Below are positions 1-8,375 of a stretch of 63,658 bases of DNA, piece after piece (positions within the stretch are counted from its first letter, which is position 1; each line of letters starts with the position of its first letter). Below the pieces are notes generated by a model. That model was not told the DNA's origin. It ran no database searches and was given only the letters and a program-made list of their open reading frames with translations. This DNA comes from a virus (Duplodnaviria; Heunggongvirae; Uroviricota; Caudoviricetes), in IMG/VR virus record IMGVR_UViG_3300031088_000776; one strand, written 5' to 3'. Made by a program: the position numbers and the translations under genes.

Positions 1-13
1 ATTTAATTGCTAT

Positions 14-379
14 TTATTTTAGTACTCCGTTTTCAATTAATAATACTCCTAATCTAAATATAGCATATAGAAATAAATAAATTTTTGCTGAGTCAAAAAT
101 ATAAGACCCTATATGTTTATTTAAAATTCTAAATAATATATATAAAAACACAGAAAGAAATGAAATGTAGTCAAAAATAATAAATTTTTCAATATTAATA
201 TAAGCGATAGAGATCATCATTGTTATCAAAACATTGTTTGTGCACTTTAAAAATAAAGTCATTTTCCCCAGATCTCTTTTTGTGAAATCCTCTATTGCAC
301 CATATAGAATTGGGTCTTGAATCTTCAATGAAGTTAGTACAACTAACACGCTTGATATATAAAAAATCCTAACATTCAT
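14..379 (-). CDS. Small multi-TM membrane protein, putative immunity protein of upstream RHS-like tip
   Basis: Hydrophobic 121 aa ORF overlapping the stop of 376..660; clear paralogue of 2294..2662 (PILYGAIEDFTK vs PIIYGAIEDFTK; YDYISF in both). Confidence 0.6.
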   Translation of the reverse strand: MNVRIFYISSVLVVLTSLKIQDPILYGAIEDFTKRDLGKMTLFLKCTNNVLITMMISIAYINIEKFIIFDYISFLSVFLYILFRILNKHIGSYIFDSAKIYLFLYAIFRLGVLLIENGVLK

Positions 380-660
380 CCTTTTCTTTTTATTGTTGCA
401 GCTCTGCCGTATAAGTCAATTCCTAATCCTGCAGATTCAGTAGCTACAGTACCAGTAATAAAACTCACAGAAGACGCAACAGTAGCAATAGGGGCTAGTG
501 GGGCTATCTGTGTCAGTGGATTCCCGTCAGTATAACCAAAAGCATTCTTAGTTAACTGCACTAACGGATACTCACTTAAGAATGTTCCAGTTGAAATATC
601 ATACCAACGCGCTTTATTATAAATATAACCAGTAGACGGATCAATCCATTTCTTCATCAA
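376..660 (-). pseudogene. Degenerate RHS repeat-associated core with short C-terminal tip
   Basis: TGYIYNKARWYDISTGTFLSEYP...NAFGYTDGNPL matches the RHS core pattern (GLYYxxARYYDPxxGRFxSxDP...NxYxYxxNNP); no RHS repeats upstream; the DPxG cleavage site reads APLA. Confidence 0.65.
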
Positions 661-682
661 ATTATGTAAAATAGTAATTTTT

Positions 683-1177
683 CTATCTTTCAGAAAAATT
701 AAAAGTTAACTGTAGTATGACTATCAGCGACACTAATATGATAGGAGTTATAATAGAAAGAATTAGATCATTTGAAGTAAAGCTAATCAACTTTTCATTC
801 TTTTTATATTTCACAGACATATTAATTTTTAATTTAAAAGCAAAAGCGATTGAATATAATACTAGGGCAGGTAGGTACAATAATAGAAAATAAATATTTA
901 TTACTTCAAATAAGAGAAAGAAATATAAAGTAAGGAACATAGATAAAAATAAAGCTATTGCCCCAAAAAACCCAAATGAATCATAACAAATTTTAAAATA
1001 TTCTTTTCGATCATTATTCTTGACTTTTATAGAAGCTGATTTATTCCAATCTTTATTAAACTTATCAAAGATAATTTTTCTAGCAGAGCCTTCCTTGAGA
1101 TTTTCCCCATTTTTTGTATGATACTTATAAGGTTTCCCAAGCGCTCTAGTTATTGGCTCAGAGTGATATTCCATCAA
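683..1177 (-). CDS. Hypothetical membrane protein
   Basis: 164 aa ORF with a basic N-terminus and about 3 hydrophobic segments; AGGAG-type SD upstream. Confidence 0.55.
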   Translation of the reverse strand: MMEYHSEPITRALGKPYKYHTKNGENLKEGSARKIIFDKFNKDWNKSASIKVKNNDRKEYFKICYDSFGFFGAIALFLSMFLTLYFFLLFEVINIYFLLLYLPALVLYSIAFAFKLKINMSVKYKKNEKLISFTSNDLILSIITPIILVSLIVILQLTFNFSER

Positions 1178-1208
1178 TTACTCTCCTCTTTATGAAGGTT
1201 TAGAAATT

Positions 1209-1643
1209 ATGATAACCGAAATTCCTAAATATTACTTTACTGACATAGTATTACTTCCCGTAATGATGAGTTATATCATTCCAATGCTATTTTATAGCTT
1301 TTATAAGCAATATAGCAGAAAGGTACATAAAAGATTATTCTTGGGCAGCCTATTCGTCTCTCTATCCTTAACTTTTACTCTACTACCTTATGGTTTCTAT
1401 AAAGACTCTATAAAAGATGAATTACAAGAAAAATTCGTTCAAGAAGTCTTTCTAGAGAAAGGCTATCCTGTTTCTTCAGTAGATCGAATGCCCGAAACAA
1501 AAACGAGCCCAAGAAATATTTATGAAATAACATATTTCAATAAAGAAAAAGAAGAATTTCAATGCAACTTTTTCCATGAGGCAATTGTGTCAGTGAATTG
1601 CTGGAAATACAAAAAGATTAATATTTTTAATATGGAAAATTAA
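1209..1643 (+). CDS. Hypothetical membrane protein
   Basis: 144 aa; two N-terminal TM-like segments followed by a soluble domain. Confidence 0.6.
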   Translation: MITEIPKYYFTDIVLLPVMMSYIIPMLFYSFYKQYSRKVHKRLFLGSLFVSLSLTFTLLPYGFYKDSIKDELQEKFVQEVFLEKGYPVSSVDRMPETKTSPRNIYEITYFNKEKEEFQCNFFHEAIVSVNCWKYKKINIFNMEN

Positions 1644-1847
1644 ATGTATTATTTGCAATCTATTTGATGTTAAAAATGTTTGATAAAAATAAGTTAGGAG
1701 AATCCTTGAAAAATAATTTTAGTATCTTTGGAAATTCCCTACTATTCATATTTACATTAAGTCTTATCACTTCGTCACTTGTTGCTTTTCCAGCAATTAC
1801 TAAAAAGAGACTGCAGTGGCCGATGAAATAACAAAGGATAAAAACGA

Positions 1848-2188
1848 ATGTTAGGGATTTTTTATTTTTGTATTGTCTTACTAGCTTTTATATCAAGCAT
1901 ATTTAATCCTGGGGTTGAATCATATATTTTAACTAAGGTTAATAAAAATATTTTTTGAATGTAAAAGAAATTTTAATTAAGTTTACTATCGTTATATTTT
2001 CTTTTTTTATAGTTGTAATACTCCTCCATTTAAAAGAATATTTTTGGTATGATTATATTATGCTTTTATCTATTCTCTTAATAATGTATTTTAAGTTAAT
2101 TAAAAAAGATGTTGATAATATAGTTTTCAGTATTTCGATTCTATATATAATAATCTATTCTCTTTCTAGAATGATCACTATAGTTTAA
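1848..2188 (+). pseudogene. Frameshifted third paralogue of the immunity-like membrane protein
   Basis: ATG at 1848 gives MLGIFIFVLS; another frame gives LAFISSIFNP (cf. IAVSSSLFNP in 2294..2662); ORF 1955..2188 gives YDYIMLLSILLI..IKK..FSISILYIIIYS (cf. YDYISFVSIALI..LKK..FDLSKIYLCIYS). Confidence 0.55.
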
Positions 2189-2206
2189 TATATTTTAAAT
2201 ACCTAA

Positions 2207-2293
2207 ATAGGGACTGTAACTATTGAGTCTTCGGGAGCATTAATTGATTTATATGGAAGAGCAGCAACAACGAAAGAAAAGGATGAATGTTAA
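2207..2293 (+). pseudogene. Remnant of RHS-like tip
   Basis: Manual translation IGTVTIESSGALIDLYGRAATTKEKDEC* matches the end of 376..660 (TGTVATESAGLGIDLYGRAATIKRKG*); no start codon; abuts the ATG at 2294. Confidence 0.65.
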
Positions 2294-2662
2294 ATGTTAG
2301 TAATTGGCTTTATATATGTATTTATGCTCTTATTAATAGCAGTATCTTCGTCTCTATTTAACCCAATTATTTATGGTGCTATAGAGGATTTCACTAAAAA
2401 AAGTACTGAAAAATTAAGGAAATTTCTAAACTATGCAATCGTCTTTCTAGTGTCTTTAATGATTTCTTTTTCATATATACTTTCAGATAGTTATGGAATA
2501 TATGATTATATATCTTTTGTTTCAATAGCATTGATTATATCCCTCTACTTTCTAAAGAAAAGCGAGGAGTCATTTCTATTTGATCTATCCAAAATATATT
2601 TATGCATATACTCCATAGTGAAAGTCGGAGCAATTCTAATTGACGCAAGACTTCTTGGATAA
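2294..2662 (+). CDS. Small multi-TM membrane protein, putative immunity protein
   Basis: Paralogue of 14..379; directly follows the tip remnant. Confidence 0.7.
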   Translation: MLVIGFIYVFMLLLIAVSSSLFNPIIYGAIEDFTKKSTEKLRKFLNYAIVFLVSLMISFSYILSDSYGIYDYISFVSIALIISLYFLKKSEESFLFDLSKIYLCIYSIVKVGAILIDARLLG

Positions 2663-2800
2663 TCTAGATGTATTTTAATCTAAAGGAATGATTGGAAGGA
2701 TAAATATTCTTATTCATGATATGGAAATTACTGGGTGTGCATAAATTTTTCATTGTATTTTCCTAAGTATTAATTATTTAGTTATGTAGCATATAAAACT

Positions 2801-2840
2801 TCTTTGGGGTGCAACATTTAATTGTGTTGTACCCCAAAGA
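2801..2840. terminator. Bidirectional intrinsic terminator-like hairpin
   Basis: TCTTTGGGGTGCAACA...TGTTGTACCCCAAAGA inverted repeat between convergent genes. Confidence 0.7.
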
Positions 2841-2849
2841 GACTTTAAA

Positions 2850-3662
2850 CTACTTCATAACTAAAAATTTATAACCATTATCTTTCAAAGATTCAATAAT
2901 TTTAGGAAGGGCTTTGATAGTTTGAGTTCGATCTCCACCACCATCATGCATCAGAATAATATTACCACCATTAGTAGTACTAACAACATTCTTTACAATC
3001 TTACTAGCGCCAGGCTTACGCCAATCTTCACTATCTACACTCCATCCTAAAGGAATCATCCTCTCTTTTTTCAAGGCTTTAGGAACGCTTCCATAAAATA
3101 TGCCCTCAGGTGCTCTATAATAAACAGGCTCAATCCCATCTAAAAACTTAGCGAAAATTTTATTAGTCTTTGATAAGTCTTCAGAAATAATCACACTTGA
3201 ACTACGATTCACGCCTCTTCTATGATTGTAAGAGTGATTACAAATCTGATGACCATCTTCAACAACTTTTCTCGCTATATCAGGGTAATTCTTAATATTA
3301 ACCCCAATCATACAGAAAGTAGCCTTCACATCATACTTCTTTAAAATTTTCAAAACCTCAGGAGTATATTTACTCGGCCCATCATCAAAAGTTAACGCAA
3401 CTTCTTTATTCTTCTTCAAATAACCTAAAGGCTTATGATAAGGATAGTTTTTATTCGGGGTCTTTACCTTTAAACCACTATAAACTTCATCAAGTTTTAC
3501 TTCAGGTTTTATCTCAGGTTTTTCTTTTTCAGACTCTTTTGAAATTTGTTTCGTTTCTTGAGAAATATTTTCATTATTATTGTTATTAGACGAGCACGCA
3601 GAATTCACAAAGAGAATAGATGTTAAAACTACCAAACCAATAACTTTTATATTTTTATTCAT
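2850..3662 (-). CDS. Secreted/lipoprotein polysaccharide deacetylase (NodB/CE4)
   Basis: ALTFDDGP, NHSYNH, YYRAPEG, WSVDSEDW and ILMHDGG CE4 motifs; N-terminal signal with a Cys. Confidence 0.92.
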   Translation of the reverse strand: MNKNIKVIGLVVLTSILFVNSACSSNNNNNENISQETKQISKESEKEKPEIKPEVKLDEVYSGLKVKTPNKNYPYHKPLGYLKKNKEVALTFDDGPSKYTPEVLKILKKYDVKATFCMIGVNIKNYPDIARKVVEDGHQICNHSYNHRRGVNRSSSVIISEDLSKTNKIFAKFLDGIEPVYYRAPEGIFYGSVPKALKKERMIPLGWSVDSEDWRKPGASKIVKNVVSTTNGGNIILMHDGGGDRTQTIKALPKIIESLKDNGYKFLVMK

Positions 3663-3680
3663 ATATTCTCCTTTTAAAAA

Positions 3681-4250
3681 TTACATACGGTGCTGGCGTG
3701 AGTACTCAGCCATGATAACGCTTGAGGCTGCACTCACATTCAAAGAGCGCACACTGCCCTGTGAGGCAATGTAGATCATGTCATCACACATCTCAATAAC
3801 CTCAGCCGAAAGACCCAATTTCTCTTCGCCATAGACAAAGACAGACTTTTCAGGGAACTCCACATCCCAGAGATTCTTAGGCTCATATTCAAGAATGTTA
3901 TCGACCGCAAAGAAGGTGTACCCATCCGCCTTAAGCTTTGCAAAAACTTCTTCAAAAGTGTCAGCATGGAAAATAGTTTCAAAATTCTGAGTACCCACTG
4001 CACCGCGGCGATCATAACGACGCTTACCCACTAGATAAACCTCTTTACCAAGGAATACGTTACTAGCTCGGATTGCCGAAGCTTTATTAAAATCATTTGA
4101 CAAGTTCATGTAAATATTGATCATCTGGCTACGCTTAGCGATAAGATCTGCGCGAATATCTTCAATTGGAAGACCCTTATAAGAGTCAACCACATTATGC
4201 CCCTCAGCCTTTAAGGTGTCTTCAGAAATCTCGTACTTAGTAATAGCCAA
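3681..4250 (-). CDS. TrmH/SpoU-family RNA 2'-O-methyltransferase
   Basis: NLSNDFNKASAIRASNVF, FVYGEEKLGL and RSLNVSAASSVIMAEY SPOUT motifs. Confidence 0.85.
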   Translation of the reverse strand: MAITKYEISEDTLKAEGHNVVDSYKGLPIEDIRADLIAKRSQMINIYMNLSNDFNKASAIRASNVFLGKEVYLVGKRRYDRRGAVGTQNFETIFHADTFEEVFAKLKADGYTFFAVDNILEYEPKNLWDVEFPEKSVFVYGEEKLGLSAEVIEMCDDMIYIASQGSVRSLNVSAASSVIMAEYSRQHRM

Positions 4251-4365
4251 TGTTTTATATCCTTTACAAAATTTACAAACTTTTAAAATAAATCTAAAAC
4301 AACTATAACACAGTTATTAACAGGTTGCAAAACTGTTAAAGAGATATATTAACTTGCAAAATTTT

Positions 4366-4415
4366 AGAACTGTGAGACTGCAGCCTAAAACAGCAAAAGT
4401 CCTCTTAAGGTATAG
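4366..4415 (+). repeat. Partial copy (left flank only) of dispersed hairpin repeat
   Basis: AGAACTGTGAGACTGCAGCCTAAAACAGCAAAAG...TTAAGGTATAG is nearly identical to 22376-22425. Confidence 0.8.
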
Positions 4416-4713
4416 CCCCATCATCTCCAATTTGAAGAATCATCTTTCGGAGGATAAGCTTCTTGATCTAGTTAAGTACCCCACCGGTGGAAGACTAGTT
4501 TTCCAATATGGAAGGCGATCATGCAAGAAGGCCATCCTTTTTATAGTTACTATCCTGAAACAAGCCGCTATGGAGGATCTTACGACACTAGCTACTAACT
4601 CATACAGCACAATAGCTGACTTTGAACTTGTTTCAAGTAGAAGTTTTAGCTATTGTGCTGTCACTGTAATCATGTATAATAGTCGTTAACCACTATAAAA
4701 GGAATAAGATATT

Positions 4714-4869
4714 ATGGCGCTTTATTTTGCAGAGCTTCTTGACCCTGATGACTACAAGTTGTGCAGTTGTGAACAGTCTTTCGTTGACGGAGGATCTGAT
4801 TACATGCGTAGGGCTCCTGGAATATTGGACACGTCTATTGTTTTTACGCTACCCGAGTTAGGAGAATAA
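4714..4869 (+). CDS. Small Cys-containing hypothetical protein (51 aa)
   Basis: Manual translation MALYFAELLDPDDYKLCSCEQSFVDGGSDYMRR...; the CxC..VDGG.DY.RR pattern resembles small phage proteins; TATAAT at 4675-4680 upstream. Confidence 0.6.
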   Translation: MALYFAELLDPDDYKLCSCEQSFVDGGSDYMRRAPGILDTSIVFTLPELGE

Positions 4870-4870
4870 C

Positions 4871-5044
4871 ATGGAACTTTTTACTCTTTTTCTAGCAGCA
4901 ACTTCTGTACTTTTTACCTTTGTCATTATCGGAGTTGCTCTTGCTTCAGTCTTCCCGAATCTTACAGATTCTGTCAGAGGGCTGCTTTTAGGCGACCTCA
5001 GTCAATATGAAAGCTCTACCTCAAAAAGGCAAGAGGGAAGCTGA
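4871..5044 (+). CDS. Small single-TM protein (57 aa)
   Basis: Manual translation MELFTLFLAATSVLFTFVIIGVALASVF...; GGAG SD upstream. Confidence 0.6.
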   Translation: MELFTLFLAATSVLFTFVIIGVALASVFPNLTDSVRGLLLGDLSQYESSTSKRQEGS

Positions 5045-5072
5045 CAGAACTCTAACTGAAGACGAGAGCAAA

Positions 5073-5230
5073 CCTAAGCGGTCTATAGAGTCAATTTCAC
5101 TGCTTAGGGTATAGTCATACAGTAGACAGCATTTTCTGTGAAAACTGTCATTTTACTGCAAAAGACCACCTAGTTAGCTTTGATAGCCTCGGGTCTAACT
5201 AGGTGGTCTTAGTAGCGCAGTTTTCGCTAC
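5073..5230 (+). repeat. Dispersed hairpin repeat, copy 1
   Basis: TTAGGGTATAGTCATACAGTAGACAG...AAGACCACCTAGTTAG(5162-5177) loop CTAACTAGGTGGTCTT(5195-5210) AGTAGCGCAGTTTTCGCT. Confidence 0.9.
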
Positions 5231-5314
5231 AATTCTATAACAGTAAAAATACTCCCCTAAACCTCATTTTTAAAAATATTCTGAAACTTAAAATAAAATA
5301 CAGTCTCAAATAGG

Positions 5315-6622
5315 TTACCTCTGCGATAACGACAACCAAAAACCAGCAACCCAATTTCTCACTGACTTAGCGTTCTCACCCTGCTCGTCTCCATAGAAGA
5401 ATCGCCGGTCACCTCTACCAGGATAGAACAATCCTTCTGTAGCAACTGGTAGTAATTCTTGGCCACCGCGTAAGCCCATATAACCATTCGGGAATCCTTT
5501 ATGAACAATCTCATGAGTCTCCCAATCAAAAGTTTTATCACCAGCAATCGAATTAAACATTTCTGACTCTTCATTCTTGACTATATTAGAGCGCTGCTGA
5601 ACTGCATGGCAGTACTCATGGAGCAACACTGACTTCTGCTCTTCTTCATCATGGTATATTTTACTTCCTATTTCAGAACCACGAATAAAGTAAGAGTCTG
5701 TAGTCGAATACATTGGTTTATCCAAAACATGCTTAACCCCATTCAAATAAACTTCTGAAGTTTCACTAATCTTCTTAAAACCTTTCTTTTGAAGAGGCTG
5801 ACCAACCCAAACTCTTTTAAGATTAGTGCGGTTATCTCCATCCTTGATTACTGCACTAAAGCTAGTACCCGAAGAATTTAACTCTGAAGCAAACATGCTT
5901 TCGATAGGCATTAGACTACCATCAGGAGCATCATCTTGAAAGTTGAAGGAGTTTATTTCACTAGTTGCTGACTTTCTAAACTCAAGATTCTTTATCGCAT
6001 GGTAACCGTCACGACTCTTGTTGTTCTTACTAACAGTCTTTGTTAGTATTGGGGCGTCATCAAGGCTTGCTTTAACATTATTCGGGAGTATCGCTACAGC
6101 TTCATTAAGCTGCTTTTTGAATCTTCCCTCAACATGTTTTGCAGGATCCCCATTTCTCACGAGCGAACTAAATATCTCACGATTAACTTTCTGGATTTCA
6201 GCAAACTCTTCATTAGTCAAGTTTTTAGAATCTATATTAAAAGATAATCGTGACTGCAATTCTCCATCGAACTTCTCGCCAATAAGAATAAGATCATCCT
6301 TACTCGGTCTTTCTTTAGCCGCTAAACTCAAGATTTCTTCTTTAAACTTTTTAAACTTCGAATCAACAGTATCCTCGTTTAATACCCCATCTTTTGAGCG
6401 GTTTGAATCTACCCTAGACTCGTTTCTTTTTGGCGTCTTCTTTAACCCTGTAAGAGCATTTGATTTATTCTCGCTACTTAATCTTCGCTCTACTTCTTTA
6501 ATCCCTTCATCTCTATTCGTAAAGTGATCTGATGATCCGAATCGGCATGTTTTCTTTTTAGCGTTGCAAGGTCGAACATCACCTGCGGAATTAATGTGGT
6601 ATTTGCTAGTTTCATCACTCAA
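5315..6622 (-). CDS. His/Cys-leader protein with C-terminal zincin (HExxH) metallopeptidase-like domain
   Basis: N-terminus YHINSAGDVRPCNAKKKTCRFGSSDHF; C-terminus LLHEYCHAVQ...YMG...ELLPVATEGLF. Confidence 0.7.
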   Translation of the reverse strand: MSDETSKYHINSAGDVRPCNAKKKTCRFGSSDHFTNRDEGIKEVERRLSSENKSNALTGLKKTPKRNESRVDSNRSKDGVLNEDTVDSKFKKFKEEILSLAAKERPSKDDLILIGEKFDGELQSRLSFNIDSKNLTNEEFAEIQKVNREIFSSLVRNGDPAKHVEGRFKKQLNEAVAILPNNVKASLDDAPILTKTVSKNNKSRDGYHAIKNLEFRKSATSEINSFNFQDDAPDGSLMPIESMFASELNSSGTSFSAVIKDGDNRTNLKRVWVGQPLQKKGFKKISETSEVYLNGVKHVLDKPMYSTTDSYFIRGSEIGSKIYHDEEEQKSVLLHEYCHAVQQRSNIVKNEESEMFNSIAGDKTFDWETHEIVHKGFPNGYMGLRGGQELLPVATEGLFYPGRGDRRFFYGDEQGENAKSVRNWVAGFWLSLSQR

Positions 6623-6712
6623 TGTATTTCTACCTTTATTTTAGAAGTTTAAGGTATTTTCTAAAGATTTGTTTAAAGTATAATCTTTATTTAGAGACTA
6701 AAGATCTCGCTA

Positions 6713-6756
6713 AAAATCGCAGTTAACCAAACGAGAGAAAAGTTAACTGCGATTTT
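6713..6756 (-). terminator. Terminator-like hairpin downstream of NlpC/P60 gene
   Basis: AAAATCGCAGTTAAC...GTTAACTGCGATTTT, 15 bp perfect inverted repeat. Confidence 0.7.
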
Positions 6757-6799
6757 AGTCTATGTGACTAGAATGACTGATTCTAGTTAGTTTTTAATA

Positions 6800-8062
6800 T
6801 CAAAGACGGCCAGCCTTGTATCCACGAGATAGCATATCATTTGCTGTACCATAGATAACACCTGTCTTAGGGCTTGAAGCATGAACAACCTTGCCGTTAC
6901 CAATATACATAGCAATATGTCCCGGCTTCCAAAGAATATCCCCAGCTCTTAACTCAGAGCCACTGATTGGCGTTGCAGCGCCCCATTGTCCACCAGAGGT
7001 GCGGGGAACGCTCTTGCCATGTTGTGCCTTAACCCAGTAGATGAAGCCTGAGCAATCGAAGGCTGAAGGTCCTGTAGCTCCCCAGATATATGGTTTACCG
7101 ACCTGTGCTGCAGCAGTTTTAGAAATTGAGCTTTCAGCACCATCATTTCCTAGCTTAACCTCAACTTTAGTCGTAATTGGATCAGTTGCTGAGTAAGTAC
7201 CAGATCTAGCCTCTGACTGTGAGGCTGAAGCCGCATTTCCAACTGAATTTCTTGAAATATTTTGTGAAGTGTTATTCTGATTACTAGAATTACTTCTTGA
7301 AGAAGTGGATGATTCGGTTTGAGGTTCAACACTAGATTCGACGCTAGATTCTTCGTTAGTAGAAGGGGTTCTGAGCTCCTCTGTAACCCTTTCTTTAGTC
7401 CCCACATGAATTACTTTTGCTTTTGGGGACTTTAGGATAGTCAGCTTTTCTTCGACAGTATTAGAAACGCTTCCCTTATTTTTAGAGGCTGTATCGTTGA
7501 TCTTTTCATCGTTAGCTAAGCTTTTAGTGCTAACAATGGTTTTAAGCGCTTCTCCGTCTCGACCTTCTTCTTTAACCTCTTCTTCACCTTCGTAGAGTTC
7601 GTCAGTTTCGACACGTTCTACTGGTACTTTCATTTTTATTACTTTAGAGGTGCCTGAAATTTCAGACCCGAATAGGTCGATTGTTGAATCATTCTCAATC
7701 TTTAGATCTTCAGAAATTGCTTCATTATCTGCTGTTCTGAAGTCAGTTGAATCATACCCAGCGTTTTTGAGAATTTCTTCAATTGTCAAAGTTGGGTCAG
7801 TAACTTGAAGTACCTCAGAGCTTTTCGAGTCGATTAATTGAATTTCAGCATTAAAATCGATTTTAGTCTCTGCAGCAATTCTTTCGAAATCACTAATACT
7901 TTTTAAAGCAAGGTTACTATTTGATTCTAGAAATTGGTTCGGAGAACCTAATTCGGCTTCATTGGGGGCTGCATTAGCAGCTGGGGCGCAAATAGTCGCT
8001 GAAGCCAGCGCAACTATAAAACTTGAAGTTAAGAAATTTTTTGTTTTCATTTTATCTTTCAC
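6800..8062 (-). CDS. Secreted G5-domain NlpC/P60 peptidoglycan endopeptidase
   Basis: Signal peptide; G5-like ETDELYEGEEEVKEEGRDGE...VIHVGTK; C-terminal GKPYIWGATGPSAFDCSGF...GHIAMYIGNGKVVHA (Cys-His-His triad). Confidence 0.92.
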   Translation of the reverse strand: MKDKMKTKNFLTSSFIVALASATICAPAANAAPNEAELGSPNQFLESNSNLALKSISDFERIAAETKIDFNAEIQLIDSKSSEVLQVTDPTLTIEEILKNAGYDSTDFRTADNEAISEDLKIENDSTIDLFGSEISGTSKVIKMKVPVERVETDELYEGEEEVKEEGRDGEALKTIVSTKSLANDEKINDTASKNKGSVSNTVEEKLTILKSPKAKVIHVGTKERVTEELRTPSTNEESSVESSVEPQTESSTSSRSNSSNQNNTSQNISRNSVGNAASASQSEARSGTYSATDPITTKVEVKLGNDGAESSISKTAAAQVGKPYIWGATGPSAFDCSGFIYWVKAQHGKSVPRTSGGQWGAATPISGSELRAGDILWKPGHIAMYIGNGKVVHASSPKTGVIYGTANDMLSRGYKAGRL

Positions 8063-8065
8063 TAG

Positions 8066-8095
8066 ATGACCTTACTCACCGCTAAGTAAAGTCAT
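8066..8095 (-). promoter_or_regulatory. 5'-leader hairpin just upstream of the NlpC/P60 start
   Basis: Minus strand ATGACTTTACTTAGCGGTGAGTAAGGTCAT forms a stem of about 12 bp. Confidence 0.4.
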
Positions 8096-8306
8096 TTTGC
8101 TCTCTGTTCGGTTGTCCTAGCTTTGAGTTAAACTAGATGAAAAATGGTTCAGGTTAAAGATGCACTGGCTGTGATACTCAACCTAGCTTGGTTTTTGACC
8201 TCTATCAAAAGGCTTTTATTAAGTTTTTGATAGTTCTAAAAATCACAACTAGACTAGATATGAATATAGAATTACTTTGTTTATAAAAGGTCGTTCAAGC
8301 CATACA

Positions 8307-8364
8307 GCGGCGACGTAGTAAGAATATCAGATTAACACTGAATTTAGACTAAATACGTCGCCGC
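8307..8364. terminator. Long-loop inverted repeat downstream of PASTA gene
   Basis: GCGGCGACGTA (8307-8317) and TACGTCGCCGC (8354-8364). Confidence 0.5.
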
Positions 8365-8375
8365 GTAAACTCATT

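Noticed and set aside
4354-4689. 111-aa ORF
   Set aside because: It begins inside a repeat fragment, runs through an inverted repeat and a candidate promoter, and has no SD or recognisable motif.
5104-5109. TTAGGG at the start of each dispersed repeat as a telomere-like motif
   Set aside because: A single hexamer, not tandem, and internal; expected by chance.
8063-8300. c-di-AMP (ydaO) riboswitch upstream of the NlpC/P60 gene
   Set aside because: The context fits, but the conserved aptamer motifs are not convincingly present.
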